In this document: piece by piece, positions 20,801-29,018 of the stretch
Layout: the number at the start of each line of letters is the position of its first letter
Numbering within the stretch: position 1 is the stretch's first letter
Virus record (IMG/VR): IMGVR_UViG_3300044616_000283
Coordinates: 1-37,547 of that record
Direction: 5' to 3' (one strand)
DNA from: a virus
Lineage: Duplodnaviria; Caudoviricetes
Length of the DNA stretch: 37,547 nt
Translations under genes and position numbers: made by a program
Notes under the pieces: generated by a model
What the model was told of the DNA's origin: nothing
Database searches by the model: none
The model's input: only the letters and a program-made list of their open reading frames with translations

Positions 20801-23800
20801 CAGAGACAGCACAGGTAATGACACCTATGGAATCCACAATGGTCCGTAAGACTTTTGCTTTCATTGAGAAGGCAATTCTTAATGCAACTATTGCTCTGGA
20901 TGAATCCAAGTATTACGAAAGAGCCAACGCTGTAATTAAGGCACTGACTGAAGTTGACAACAAGGTCATTCGCCAGAGCGTGTCTGTGTCTAGCCTTCTC
21001 CGCGCTATTGCAACGGCAGAAGAAGCAAGACCAAAGAATGTTGCTCAGTTTAACTTTGAAATTGCAAAGAGTCTGGGTGCTCGTCATCCAGAAGTTGATA
21101 AGGCTGTAATTAGAGAAACTTTTACTGATGCTGAATATAAAATGTTGTTCAAGCAGGTAAACGATCCTACCTCACTAGCAGCTTTTGCTATTACCCGAGA
21201 AAGCGGTAAGCCAATCGTTGATGAAGCAGGACGCTTCACTGTACATGCTCCTAAGTTCTTTGAGGCTTACTCAGAGTACAAGAAGGCGCAGTACAACTCA
21301 GCTGCAACCCGCGTTGCATATATGTTACGATCCATGTCTTACAAGCTTCTAACTGGTATGACAAAAGAAGAACGAGAGAACTTCTTTACTTATGAAATGT
21401 TTGATATTAATGCTAAGCAAGAAAAGGGATCACCTTATGAGAAGTCTTTAAATGACAATCTATCGGCTACCTATGAGGACAACCACCTTGCCAGCATGAA
21501 TCTTAATGGTGGTAACTATGCTACCGACTACCTGATGACTACAGCAGAATCCTTTGTGGAACTGCTGCAGGAAGATGGTATGAGTGATATTGCTCCATCG
21601 GCTATGACACTATCAGCCGCAGCGCGTGAAGCTCTCATCAGCCGCATTCAGGAAGATCCATATCTATCAAAGCCAATCATGGAACAACTCCGTGAGCACT
21701 TTGATAAGGCTGGTCTTACAAAGTATTATCAGCGCGCCTTTGATACAATGCAGAAGAATCTAATCCTTCGCATGTATGAAGAAGGTGTGTTCAGTATGAA
21801 TGACCTGAAGCTTGTCTGGGATACGCCAGAGTTCAAGCAGTACTTTGGGAATAGTAAGGTAGTAGATGAGAATGGTAATCCATTGATTATGTATCATGGT
21901 ACTTCAGACACAAATTCTATTTCTATCTTTAATTTTGATCAACATGTTGATAGAGACTGGGGAAGAAAAGCTGGATTAGTAAATTACTTAGGTCGTGTTT
22001 TTTATTTCTCAAAAAACGCTAAAGATGCTAGTGACTTTGCTTTATACGAAAGAAGTGGAGAAAACGCTTCAGTATATCCAGTTTATTTAAGAATTGAAAA
22101 ACCTTTTGATACTTCGGTTGAGTTTTCACAGAAAGATGCTAAAAAACTTTTAGTAGGTTTTTATGAGCAATTGTTAAAAGAAACCCCTGATAACAAAGAC
22201 TTAGCAGCTCAACTGTACTTTTTAAAACTTACACTAGTGGACTCTACATTAGGTAAAGATATTTATAAGCAACTGGCTGACATTGGAGGCCATGCAGATA
22301 GAGCAAATGCTTACTTGCAAACATTAGGTTATGACGGTATTATTGACATTTCATCAGATATGGGTGTTCAGTACGCTGTGTTTAAGCCTGAGCAAATCAA
22401 GTCTATCTGGAATGACGGTACTTTTAGTCGCACTAATCCAGACATCCGTAGAAGTATTAATCCAGAAGTATCTAAGAAGCGTGAAATGATTGGTGTTCTT
22501 CAGCAATTTATTGGTGATAAGAATGCCTTTAATGCCATGCCACTTGAAGATCTACTCCGTAATGTAATGGGCTTAGAAGAAACTCTAGTTGTCAAGTATA
22601 TGAACCTAGGCAAGTCTAATCCCATCAAGGCTCTTCAGGCTCTGCAGATTGCAGTTAGTAAAAACCTAATTGAGCATGATGGTGCTAACTGGATTCTAAA
22701 GGTAGAACAAGTTGCACCTAATGAACCTGTCCAACCTAAGATGCCTTCCCCTAAGAAAATAGCTATGGTTGAAACAAAAGCTAAGCTTGTTACTGCAAAG
22801 ACACTAGATGCTGAGCTTATGAACTATGCTGCTAAGGTTGATAGTGTTTCAAAAGAAATAACACAAGAAGCTTTACAAGAAGCTTTAGTTGCTTTCTTGG
22901 ATACAACTTCACCCCAGAGAGCGGCACTATTAGCTAAGCTTGAAGAAGGAATGACAAGCAAGGAGCTTGGTTATTACCTAAGACGCGCTGTAAAGAATAA
23001 TGAAATTTCAGAACAACGCAATCAAAATAAAAACCAAAATATTGAAACCGATGAAGGAAAACCCAAGGACGGAAAAGTTCGTCAAGCTATTGATACCACA
23101 AAGCAGCGCCAGTTAGATGCCAATATGTATTCTTTAATGCAGTTCCTGCATGATAAGTTTTTACAGAAGACTAATACTGGGCTGTTCAACGAAACTCAAA
23201 TGAAGACACTACTTACTTTGAGTAAGAATAGAACAGTTAAGCTAGCTAATGGTAAGGAAGAAGTTGCTCCACCAACGCTAGACGAAGCAGCTAAGCTTCT
23301 TGGTCTTAGCGGTAAGTCTGGTGTTTCTGAACGTATTAAAGCTATGAAGCGTACTATGCAAAAGAAACTTGGTCTTGCGGATAAAGACGTTGCTAAAATA
23401 TTTAGTAGTGAGAAAGAACTCACTAATAAAGAAAAGACTGTACTATTTGATAAACTTGAAGAAGCAATGGAGCGCTTAGTTGAAGCTTCTAAAGAGAAAC
23501 CAAAAGCTGATCCTGAGCCAGTATTGCCTCCTGCAGAAAAGCTAGTAGAAACAGGAAATCAAATCTTAGACACAATAAACCAAACAGCCAAGATGGAACA
23601 GAAGGCTGATCCAGTTGCTGTACCTAAGACTGAAGAATCCACAGGACACGCTACAGTAGATACTGGAGCTGAAGCACCAAAGGAAACTCCTAAGTTGGTA
23701 CACACAGAACCAGTGGCCGATGCTGTTGCCAGTGGTGAAACCAACATGACTAAGACAGCGGTACAGCTGGATATCAAGAAGTCATTCTCAATGAAGGGTA

Positions 23801-26800
23801 TATTCACCCAAGCATCGGATGCTCTTGATCGTCTCTTCAATGCACTGGCAATTGAATATCCTGATGAGGTCGTTAGCCTTAAGACGGTTAAGGATCAGCA
23901 TGCCTTTGTAGTTAAGCTACTGAAGGAAAAGGGATATGACTCTGTTATTGATGAGCGTGGTAATGTTGTTCCCCTCAAGGAACCCAAGGTAATTGGTAAG
24001 ACCAAGAAGCGAATCTCCAAGGAAGTTGCGGAGAAGCAGCAAGATCCTACCGTTGTTACTAAGGACGAAACAACATTCTCTACCGAAGACGGAGTTCCTG
24101 TGGCTACTACAGAGACTGTGGTGGAAACACCCAAGGCTCCTGTGGGACCAGTTGAAACTCCTGCTGGAGATCGTACTGTTGTTCCTACTCCTACTAAGAC
24201 TGTGAGTGATGTTGCAAAGCTACCTGAAGCAGAGACTTTAGAGCGTAAGGTAAATGAAGATCCAAAGCTACTCCGTAATAACGGCATGGATCGTAGTTTC
24301 CTAAAGCTCTTTACTAAGGCTTATTGGAAGTCCAAGATTGAAGCCAGTGCCAATGATCGTGCCATTGCTAAGATGGCCGAGGAATCTAATGGCGGCGCTA
24401 ATGCAGCCAATACTATGATGGCAAGGGCTTTCTTCAGTGGTACCAATTCAGTTAGTCACTCAATCACTGAGAAGTTTAAGACTGCATGGGGTGACTTTGT
24501 TCAGGTTAATCAGTTTATTGCTGAAGCAAATAAAAGAATGTTTGGCGAAGATATCATGGAACGCTTCTGGAAGAAGGTCGATGAGATTAACGCCGTAGAT
24601 AGAATTAGACCAAAGGCTGCTGAAGGTCCAGCAGGAATCAAACCTTTGACATATAGAGAAGTTCTTGACAAGGCTGCTGAGGCCATGAACGAAGAAGGCA
24701 AACCAGCCTTTGTTCGTCCATTGCTTCCAGATGAGATTAAGTTTGTCAAGGCCGATGAAGCTGGAAATGTTCGTCTATCCGGTAAGAACAAGCAGACCCG
24801 TGCCATTATTGATGCGGCTCTGACTGAAGCTGAAAAGGTAGAACCACCTAAAGTTGAAAAGGTATTGGATGCCGAAGGAAAGGTAGTACCAGAAGATACA
24901 ACCCCAGTAAAGCCTGAGGAGCCTACTCCACCTACAACCGAAGATCAAATGATTGACGCTGCGGTAGATGGTAGCGAATCAGCAACCTCCAGACCATGGA
25001 GACTAAATAACTTTGTTGGGCATCTGTTTGGTGGCGACAACACTGCTAATGCTACATGGTGGCGTAAGCAGATGGCTAAGCTTGCCAATGCAACTCAGAG
25101 TTCATCACAGCTTGGAAACACAATCCGAAGCTTTAATGATTCAATTGCATTTATTTCCCGATGGGCTGACGATACCCGAGCACAGACAGGACATGTCGTG
25201 GGTGTAGGCAAGACTCCTTTCAAGACCATGTTGCAAATCAAGATGGACGAAGGAAGAGTCATTACCCGAATCCTGCGAGCATACTCTGACTTTGATACCA
25301 CCCTAAGAGGTGCTAACAAGCCAGCTGTGCAATCCTATATCTACGACTGCTTGCGTAAGGGTGAGCAACCAAACAAGGCTGAGATGATCAAGCTAGGTGT
25401 TGGTGTGCATAACGCTGAAGCAGCAGTAAAGAAGGCGGGTTACTTACTGGAAATCTCCAGAGCAATCAATGACAAGATCCTCTACATGGAAAATACCACA
25501 GGTAGACTGGTCACCACTGATAAGCACGGCATGCCTCTTGATCCCAAGAAGTATGCCCCTGTTCAGTTTGATCACGAAGCTTTGATGCGTATTGCACCCG
25601 GAGAACACTCAAAGATCATTGATGCTATGGTAATTGCCCGTACTGCAACCAAGTTAAACGATCCACGCCTTGACAGAAACACAATGATTGTCATGGGTTG
25701 GATTGATGTTAAGTATAATAAAGAAACTGGTGGATACGAGTTCTTCTCTAAGGAACGCCAACTAAAGCATTCCGAAGGCGCCAATATGTTCGGTAACGAT
25801 ACCCTAGCCAAGCTGCAAGTCAGCAAGATTGCCAAAGAAGGCACAGGCGGTGACAAGGGTATCCTTAAGAACCTACTGCGTAAGGGAGATCCAAATAAAT
25901 ATTTCATCCTTGAATCAGATACAGAGTATACTGTATATCGTCTGCCTGAGGTTCTTGAAGACCTAGGCAATGCCGACAAGGCAAAGTATACAGAAGCTGT
26001 AAAGGGTAACACTGCTCATTACACCATTGATTGGCGTGAGCGTCTTGGTAACAAGAACCTAATTCAGCGAGAGATGGAAGAGATGTTTGCCTACAAGACC
26101 AAGAAGGCTCCTTATACGGATGACAGCTATGGTCTTGTTCGATCCATGTTTAAGATTGATGAGAATGGTCGAAGTGGTATTACAGTACCCGGCCTTACTC
26201 CCGAAGAGATGTTATCTGACCCAATGCTGGCCAAGCTATTGAGAACCAATCTGGCTGAAGCATACTTCCACTGGGTAAAGGGAAGATACTTTGATCTGAG
26301 CTTCCAACAGGAACTAGACAGAGTAATGGGAACCAAGGGCATCACTTGGGATAAGGTTACTAGCAGAGTTGCTAAAAGAGCACAAGATGATATTTCTAAG
26401 ATTGCAGTAGATAGTGGGTGGACTAGTAAGCAACTAGATAGTGCACATCGTGATATCAATAATGGTATCAAGAGACTGCAGGAAGAGTTCCGAGCTGGTG
26501 CTGAAACTCTACCCTTCTTTGCAAACAAGGGACCACTAGGATCAAGAGCTGCTAATGCTGCTATTCGATTCAAGTTCTCTGTTGGCTATGGTGTATCACA
26601 ATTTACAGAAATTCTTCAGGAACTTGTTAAGCACTCCCCAGAGTTCTATACAATGCCAAAGAATATCTTTGAAGCACTGCGCTATGTGGTTGGTGATTAT
26701 AGAATCTCCAAGAACAAGATGCTTATGTCTGAACTGGGTGATATGACCTTTGTGCTTGAAGCTTTCAAGACAGACCTATCAAACCGATTTATGGGTGAGA

Positions 26801-28317
26801 CTGGTTATGGTACACTTACTACAGATTCCAGAATGGGCACTCGTTTTGCAAAGGTTGCTCAGAATATCCGTAATGCCAATGGACTAGGGGAAACTCTGGT
26901 GACCATTGGTGAGGGTGCTGCCGAAGGTATGCAAGCCCTAGGCTCACTGTCGGCTCAGACACAAGCTGTGCGTGTACTGGGTAAGGTGAGAATGCAACGG
27001 TCTATCTGGCATTACTTTGAAAACGGTAGTGTGGAAAAGCTAATCACTAGACTAGAAGACCCAACGGTTGCTGCTGAGTTAGCTGAGCTTAACAAGGCTG
27101 CTGCCGTTGATCAAGCCCAACAGGTCAAACTATGGAAGCGCTTTGCTGGCGTTGCCAGAGAGAGTGGCTTTGGTATGGACCAGCATGATGCCATGATGTT
27201 CCTCAAGTACGGCTTTGGTGATGCTGAGACTGTCAAGGCCTTTAAGTGGGCCATGACCAAAGTCAAGCATGACAAGGGCCGTGTCAATATGAACCTCCTT
27301 TGGGATCTGGCTGATCAGGTTGCCCGAGAAGGCTCCAAGGAAGTAGACCCAGAGATTCTGGGTAATGCCCTATCAAATTATCAATTTATGTTAGAGGACA
27401 AAATTACCAAGGAAGTAGCAAGCGAAGTCCGTGGGTTAAACCGACAGACAGACCTTGAATCCAGAAGCGCTCTTGGGCGTCTATGGTATGCCTTGAGTTC
27501 CTTTACTCGTTCATATCAGGATAATGTGATTATGGGTTACGGTAGCAAGAGTACCATCAAGTACCTTGCTGGTGGTATCTTCTTGTACATGGCAGTGGAT
27601 GCCCTAACCAGTTACCTTAAGGAATATCTAGCAGGGCGTGACCACAAGGATATCCTACAAGAACTGGAGGATCGTCCAAGTGAGTTCATGATTCGTGGTG
27701 CTGCAAGAACCCCATTCATGGGAACATGGAATGGATTCTTGGAAGCTGGTCTAGCTGGAGCCTCGGCTCTCAACGGTGGAACCTATAAGTACTACGGGAT
27801 TCCCGGACTACCCGCAGGTGCCTCTGCTGGTGAAGCTGCTCTATCCGATATCTACAATAACACCAAGACATTGGTGGGTAGTGATTCTGACATGGGTAAG
27901 AGACTTAAGGCAGCTAGTGGTCTATTGGGTGTTTCAGATATAGTTAATCGTAGTCAGGCTGCTATTCCTATCCGTGTCCTACAAGACATGGGGGCCATAG
28001 AACAACAGTCTGCCGTAGGAACTTATTTGGATCTCATCCACAGAAAGCCATATCCCTACATGAAGCAGAATGCTAGTGCTGGTACTTATCAACCAATGGA
28101 CCCCAATGATTATCAGCCTACTCCAAGGAACTTTGCCAAGGAGGCTTCGCAATACGAGGCTGCTAAGCAGATGACCAAGCAGTTCCCGCTGCCACCAGAG
28201 AGAGTGGTAGTACCTAAGAGAACCGCAACATCTAGGGGTACGACCAGTCAGATGTTTAATTCGACTAGTCCCAATACAGGAGTGTCAGGTGAACTAGGGG
28301 ATCTCCTAGATCAATGA
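17857..28317 (+). CDS. Giant polyvalent internal virion protein (gp16-like position) with metallopeptidase, ADP-ribosyltransferase and ECF-sigma-like domains
   Basis: ATG at 17857 after GAAAGGG (track start is TTG 17836). HEIGH at 20593-20607; ART-PolyVal-like block 21811-22455; sigma region 2/4-like block 22801-23376; hydrophobic segments near both ends. Confidence 0.8.
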   Translation: MFDFAQGFPSQPSLPTSGPLNYQAEKLIQVRGFGEMGLNPVNMVGGMLNQVVGDDYVRVLDASGLRDGINWTHGELRKVADNREYGNLEYFINTLNGGKQNDAAVGLGWALEPSQAMLYRQIMGNNPLEPVMFAPSEVTPEIMAAEEQELKGLLSTDGVSEENQKRVQEISNKKAYVESKTQADKNLGFNWWDWYKQTNVFNAASTLGVNVLGDKDIIDTLTEYDPNFKSNDWFDNFAADPIVKQGLLENGITADTVAESPNADHAFMRISHMMYESNTQKRLGTYKPTNYDFVKNMGSGLVSFMVDTPTGATIITGAAVTTAASIFSPANFAAVGATALGEAAVLGESAVATSSTMTFLNGAKTLGETLYKLPLGMAPQWMEGTTLLSMTAANIASGAIQGTIGSYNQQANEISFGAATMYVNPSVRREMDYSEVAIEALYSGVMMGGLFGLGGGLLRSVKGMTDNGLKGLIIDPVTGKRNRLDRSFTFQDTPLGNTLQMLHIKDYERSLIDLKPVDVVRNEAILEKTDPTPDRLAAETEGYADRAEAREALKNPEAAEATPEDVGTRKYESETTEQYINRVAPSRTIRNLPELVTEVARRTQVEGGRMISSTEEYHQMTPQDQARTLIRTQAVLEAAKKAEEKAVGLPKERERVFEQLEASRKEALRRIGKTLTPIEFKRLKAELKGDKPKVKGSLPELLTVANDKAKPIAERKANAEEAAGQILETARAVIKNPDKAKVIKSKVPQEILDKVDAVVVEEALTGRVSAETAEEVKRSLLSAEEPFTSSLTKRIERAVKVNRLSPDRVARINAIKEDHTRFVSLVKGNKMRALALYNHIHEGVVTGVLTAEDRVLILASVSHLNFDLKGFAMEYAYKNMDDVNVAGEYNAKTRVLTLNTKSTPSNRAHTVLHEIGHALFSNDMRGEVYLENLKLYNSMREGTPLSSKGIQLIDPLTENLGKYHLQNVEESFVQLFSNVVLAETAQVMTPMESTMVRKTFAFIEKAILNATIALDESKYYERANAVIKALTEVDNKVIRQSVSVSSLLRAIATAEEARPKNVAQFNFEIAKSLGARHPEVDKAVIRETFTDAEYKMLFKQVNDPTSLAAFAITRESGKPIVDEAGRFTVHAPKFFEAYSEYKKAQYNSAATRVAYMLRSMSYKLLTGMTKEERENFFTYEMFDINAKQEKGSPYEKSLNDNLSATYEDNHLASMNLNGGNYATDYLMTTAESFVELLQEDGMSDIAPSAMTLSAAAREALISRIQEDPYLSKPIMEQLREHFDKAGLTKYYQRAFDTMQKNLILRMYEEGVFSMNDLKLVWDTPEFKQYFGNSKVVDENGNPLIMYHGTSDTNSISIFNFDQHVDRDWGRKAGLVNYLGRVFYFSKNAKDASDFALYERSGENASVYPVYLRIEKPFDTSVEFSQKDAKKLLVGFYEQLLKETPDNKDLAAQLYFLKLTLVDSTLGKDIYKQLADIGGHADRANAYLQTLGYDGIIDISSDMGVQYAVFKPEQIKSIWNDGTFSRTNPDIRRSINPEVSKKREMIGVLQQFIGDKNAFNAMPLEDLLRNVMGLEETLVVKYMNLGKSNPIKALQALQIAVSKNLIEHDGANWILKVEQVAPNEPVQPKMPSPKKIAMVETKAKLVTAKTLDAELMNYAAKVDSVSKEITQEALQEALVAFLDTTSPQRAALLAKLEEGMTSKELGYYLRRAVKNNEISEQRNQNKNQNIETDEGKPKDGKVRQAIDTTKQRQLDANMYSLMQFLHDKFLQKTNTGLFNETQMKTLLTLSKNRTVKLANGKEEVAPPTLDEAAKLLGLSGKSGVSERIKAMKRTMQKKLGLADKDVAKIFSSEKELTNKEKTVLFDKLEEAMERLVEASKEKPKADPEPVLPPAEKLVETGNQILDTINQTAKMEQKADPVAVPKTEESTGHATVDTGAEAPKETPKLVHTEPVADAVASGETNMTKTAVQLDIKKSFSMKGIFTQASDALDRLFNALAIEYPDEVVSLKTVKDQHAFVVKLLKEKGYDSVIDERGNVVPLKEPKVIGKTKKRISKEVAEKQQDPTVVTKDETTFSTEDGVPVATTETVVETPKAPVGPVETPAGDRTVVPTPTKTVSDVAKLPEAETLERKVNEDPKLLRNNGMDRSFLKLFTKAYWKSKIEASANDRAIAKMAEESNGGANAANTMMARAFFSGTNSVSHSITEKFKTAWGDFVQVNQFIAEANKRMFGEDIMERFWKKVDEINAVDRIRPKAAEGPAGIKPLTYREVLDKAAEAMNEEGKPAFVRPLLPDEIKFVKADEAGNVRLSGKNKQTRAIIDAALTEAEKVEPPKVEKVLDAEGKVVPEDTTPVKPEEPTPPTTEDQMIDAAVDGSESATSRPWRLNNFVGHLFGGDNTANATWWRKQMAKLANATQSSSQLGNTIRSFNDSIAFISRWADDTRAQTGHVVGVGKTPFKTMLQIKMDEGRVITRILRAYSDFDTTLRGANKPAVQSYIYDCLRKGEQPNKAEMIKLGVGVHNAEAAVKKAGYLLEISRAINDKILYMENTTGRLVTTDKHGMPLDPKKYAPVQFDHEALMRIAPGEHSKIIDAMVIARTATKLNDPRLDRNTMIVMGWIDVKYNKETGGYEFFSKERQLKHSEGANMFGNDTLAKLQVSKIAKEGTGGDKGILKNLLRKGDPNKYFILESDTEYTVYRLPEVLEDLGNADKAKYTEAVKGNTAHYTIDWRERLGNKNLIQREMEEMFAYKTKKAPYTDDSYGLVRSMFKIDENGRSGITVPGLTPEEMLSDPMLAKLLRTNLAEAYFHWVKGRYFDLSFQQELDRVMGTKGITWDKVTSRVAKRAQDDISKIAVDSGWTSKQLDSAHRDINNGIKRLQEEFRAGAETLPFFANKGPLGSRAANAAIRFKFSVGYGVSQFTEILQELVKHSPEFYTMPKNIFEALRYVVGDYRISKNKMLMSELGDMTFVLEAFKTDLSNRFMGETGYGTLTTDSRMGTRFAKVAQNIRNANGLGETLVTIGEGAAEGMQALGSLSAQTQAVRVLGKVRMQRSIWHYFENGSVEKLITRLEDPTVAAELAELNKAAAVDQAQQVKLWKRFAGVARESGFGMDQHDAMMFLKYGFGDAETVKAFKWAMTKVKHDKGRVNMNLLWDLADQVAREGSKEVDPEILGNALSNYQFMLEDKITKEVASEVRGLNRQTDLESRSALGRLWYALSSFTRSYQDNVIMGYGSKSTIKYLAGGIFLYMAVDALTSYLKEYLAGRDHKDILQELEDRPSEFMIRGAARTPFMGTWNGFLEAGLAGASALNGGTYKYYGIPGLPAGASAGEAALSDIYNNTKTLVGSDSDMGKRLKAASGLLGVSDIVNRSQAAIPIRVLQDMGAIEQQSAVGTYLDLIHRKPYPYMKQNASAGTYQPMDPNDYQPTPRNFAKEASQYEAAKQMTKQFPLPPERVVVPKRTATSRGTTSQMFNSTSPNTGVSGELGDLLDQ

Positions 28318-28360
28318 CATGCCGAATAGATGGGGCTATAGATATAATACTATAGATATA

Positions 28361-28533
28361 CCTAGGTTAACCTAGGGGAGTAGCTAAGCTACTCTCCTAG
28401 GCACCTAGGAAATTCCTATAGATTTTAGTTTAGGTTTTATTACTATGGATATAGCTTAGTCCCCTAGGTATCTCTCTAGTTAAAATCACAATAAATTATC
28501 CAACCTAGGTCCCATGGAAACATGGACCTAGGT
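28361..28533. repeat. CCTAGG array with palindromes and hairpins at probable genome end
   Basis: CCTAGG at 28361, 28371, 28396, 28404, 28463, 28504 and 28527; perfect 16-bp palindrome CCTAGGTTAACCTAGG; hairpins 28371-28401 and 28503-28533. Confidence 0.8.
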
Positions 28534-28698
28534 ATTATGCGTATCACTGGTCAACCTCCCCCCGGTCTTGCCGGGTAGGTCCCTTGTCGATTTCGGTAGC
28601 TGCCCCTCCCCGCTCACTGCCGGGGGAGCTCCCTTAGCTACGTTTGTTCCTGCTGGCCCTACGATGCCTCAGGAACGCTTCCTGAGAATCCAATGGGT

Positions 28699-28724
28699 CC
28701 AAGGGGCACCAAGGAGAGCCAAGG
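28699..28724 (+). repeat. Three CCAAGG copies at 10-bp period
   Basis: CCAAGG at 28699, 28709 and 28719. Confidence 0.7.
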
Positions 28725-28824
28725 CCCCATAAGCGATTCCTAAGAAAATCGACTTAGGGGTAAAAAATTAATAAATGACTATCCCCCCTAGGTCCCCCCT
28801 TCCCGCCCCCCGGTACCCCCGTGG

Positions 28825-28878
28825 GTCCGATAACCAAAGGTCCGATAACCTGAGTCCGATAACCTAGGTCCGATAACC
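28825..28878 (+). repeat. Four iteron-like direct repeats GTCCGATAACC
   Basis: Exact 11-mers at 28825, 28840, 28854 and 28868 (periods 15, 14, 14). Confidence 0.9.
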
Positions 28879-29018
28879 CAGATCTGCGGGGGGGTCTGAA
28901 CATTCCCCGCTGAACTCGTCTACTGGTGGCGGAGCGACCCGCCCTCTTTGACAATCCAACGGAGTGTTTCCCCGCGCGGCCATCATGCCATAGTGGAAAC
29001 TGGTTCTAACGAATCATC

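Noticed and set aside
17857-28317. N4-type virion RNA polymerase (similar ~3500-aa size)
   Set aside because: I could not find single-subunit RNAP catalytic motifs or a DxDGD motif; the recognisable motifs are protease, ART and sigma-like.
28336-28360. T7-type RNAP promoter (TAATACTATAG)
   Set aside because: Only the CTATAG core is shared, and no conserved ~20-bp motif recurs upstream of late genes.
28825-28878. CRISPR array
   Set aside because: 11-bp repeats with 3-4-nt gaps; no spacers and no cas genes.
28754-28954. 66-aa minus-strand ORF
   Set aside because: Low-complexity translation of the iterons and C-runs.
28948-28980. Sigma70 promoter at TTGACA
   Set aside because: No -10-like hexamer at 16-18 bp spacing (the sequence there is CCCGCG).
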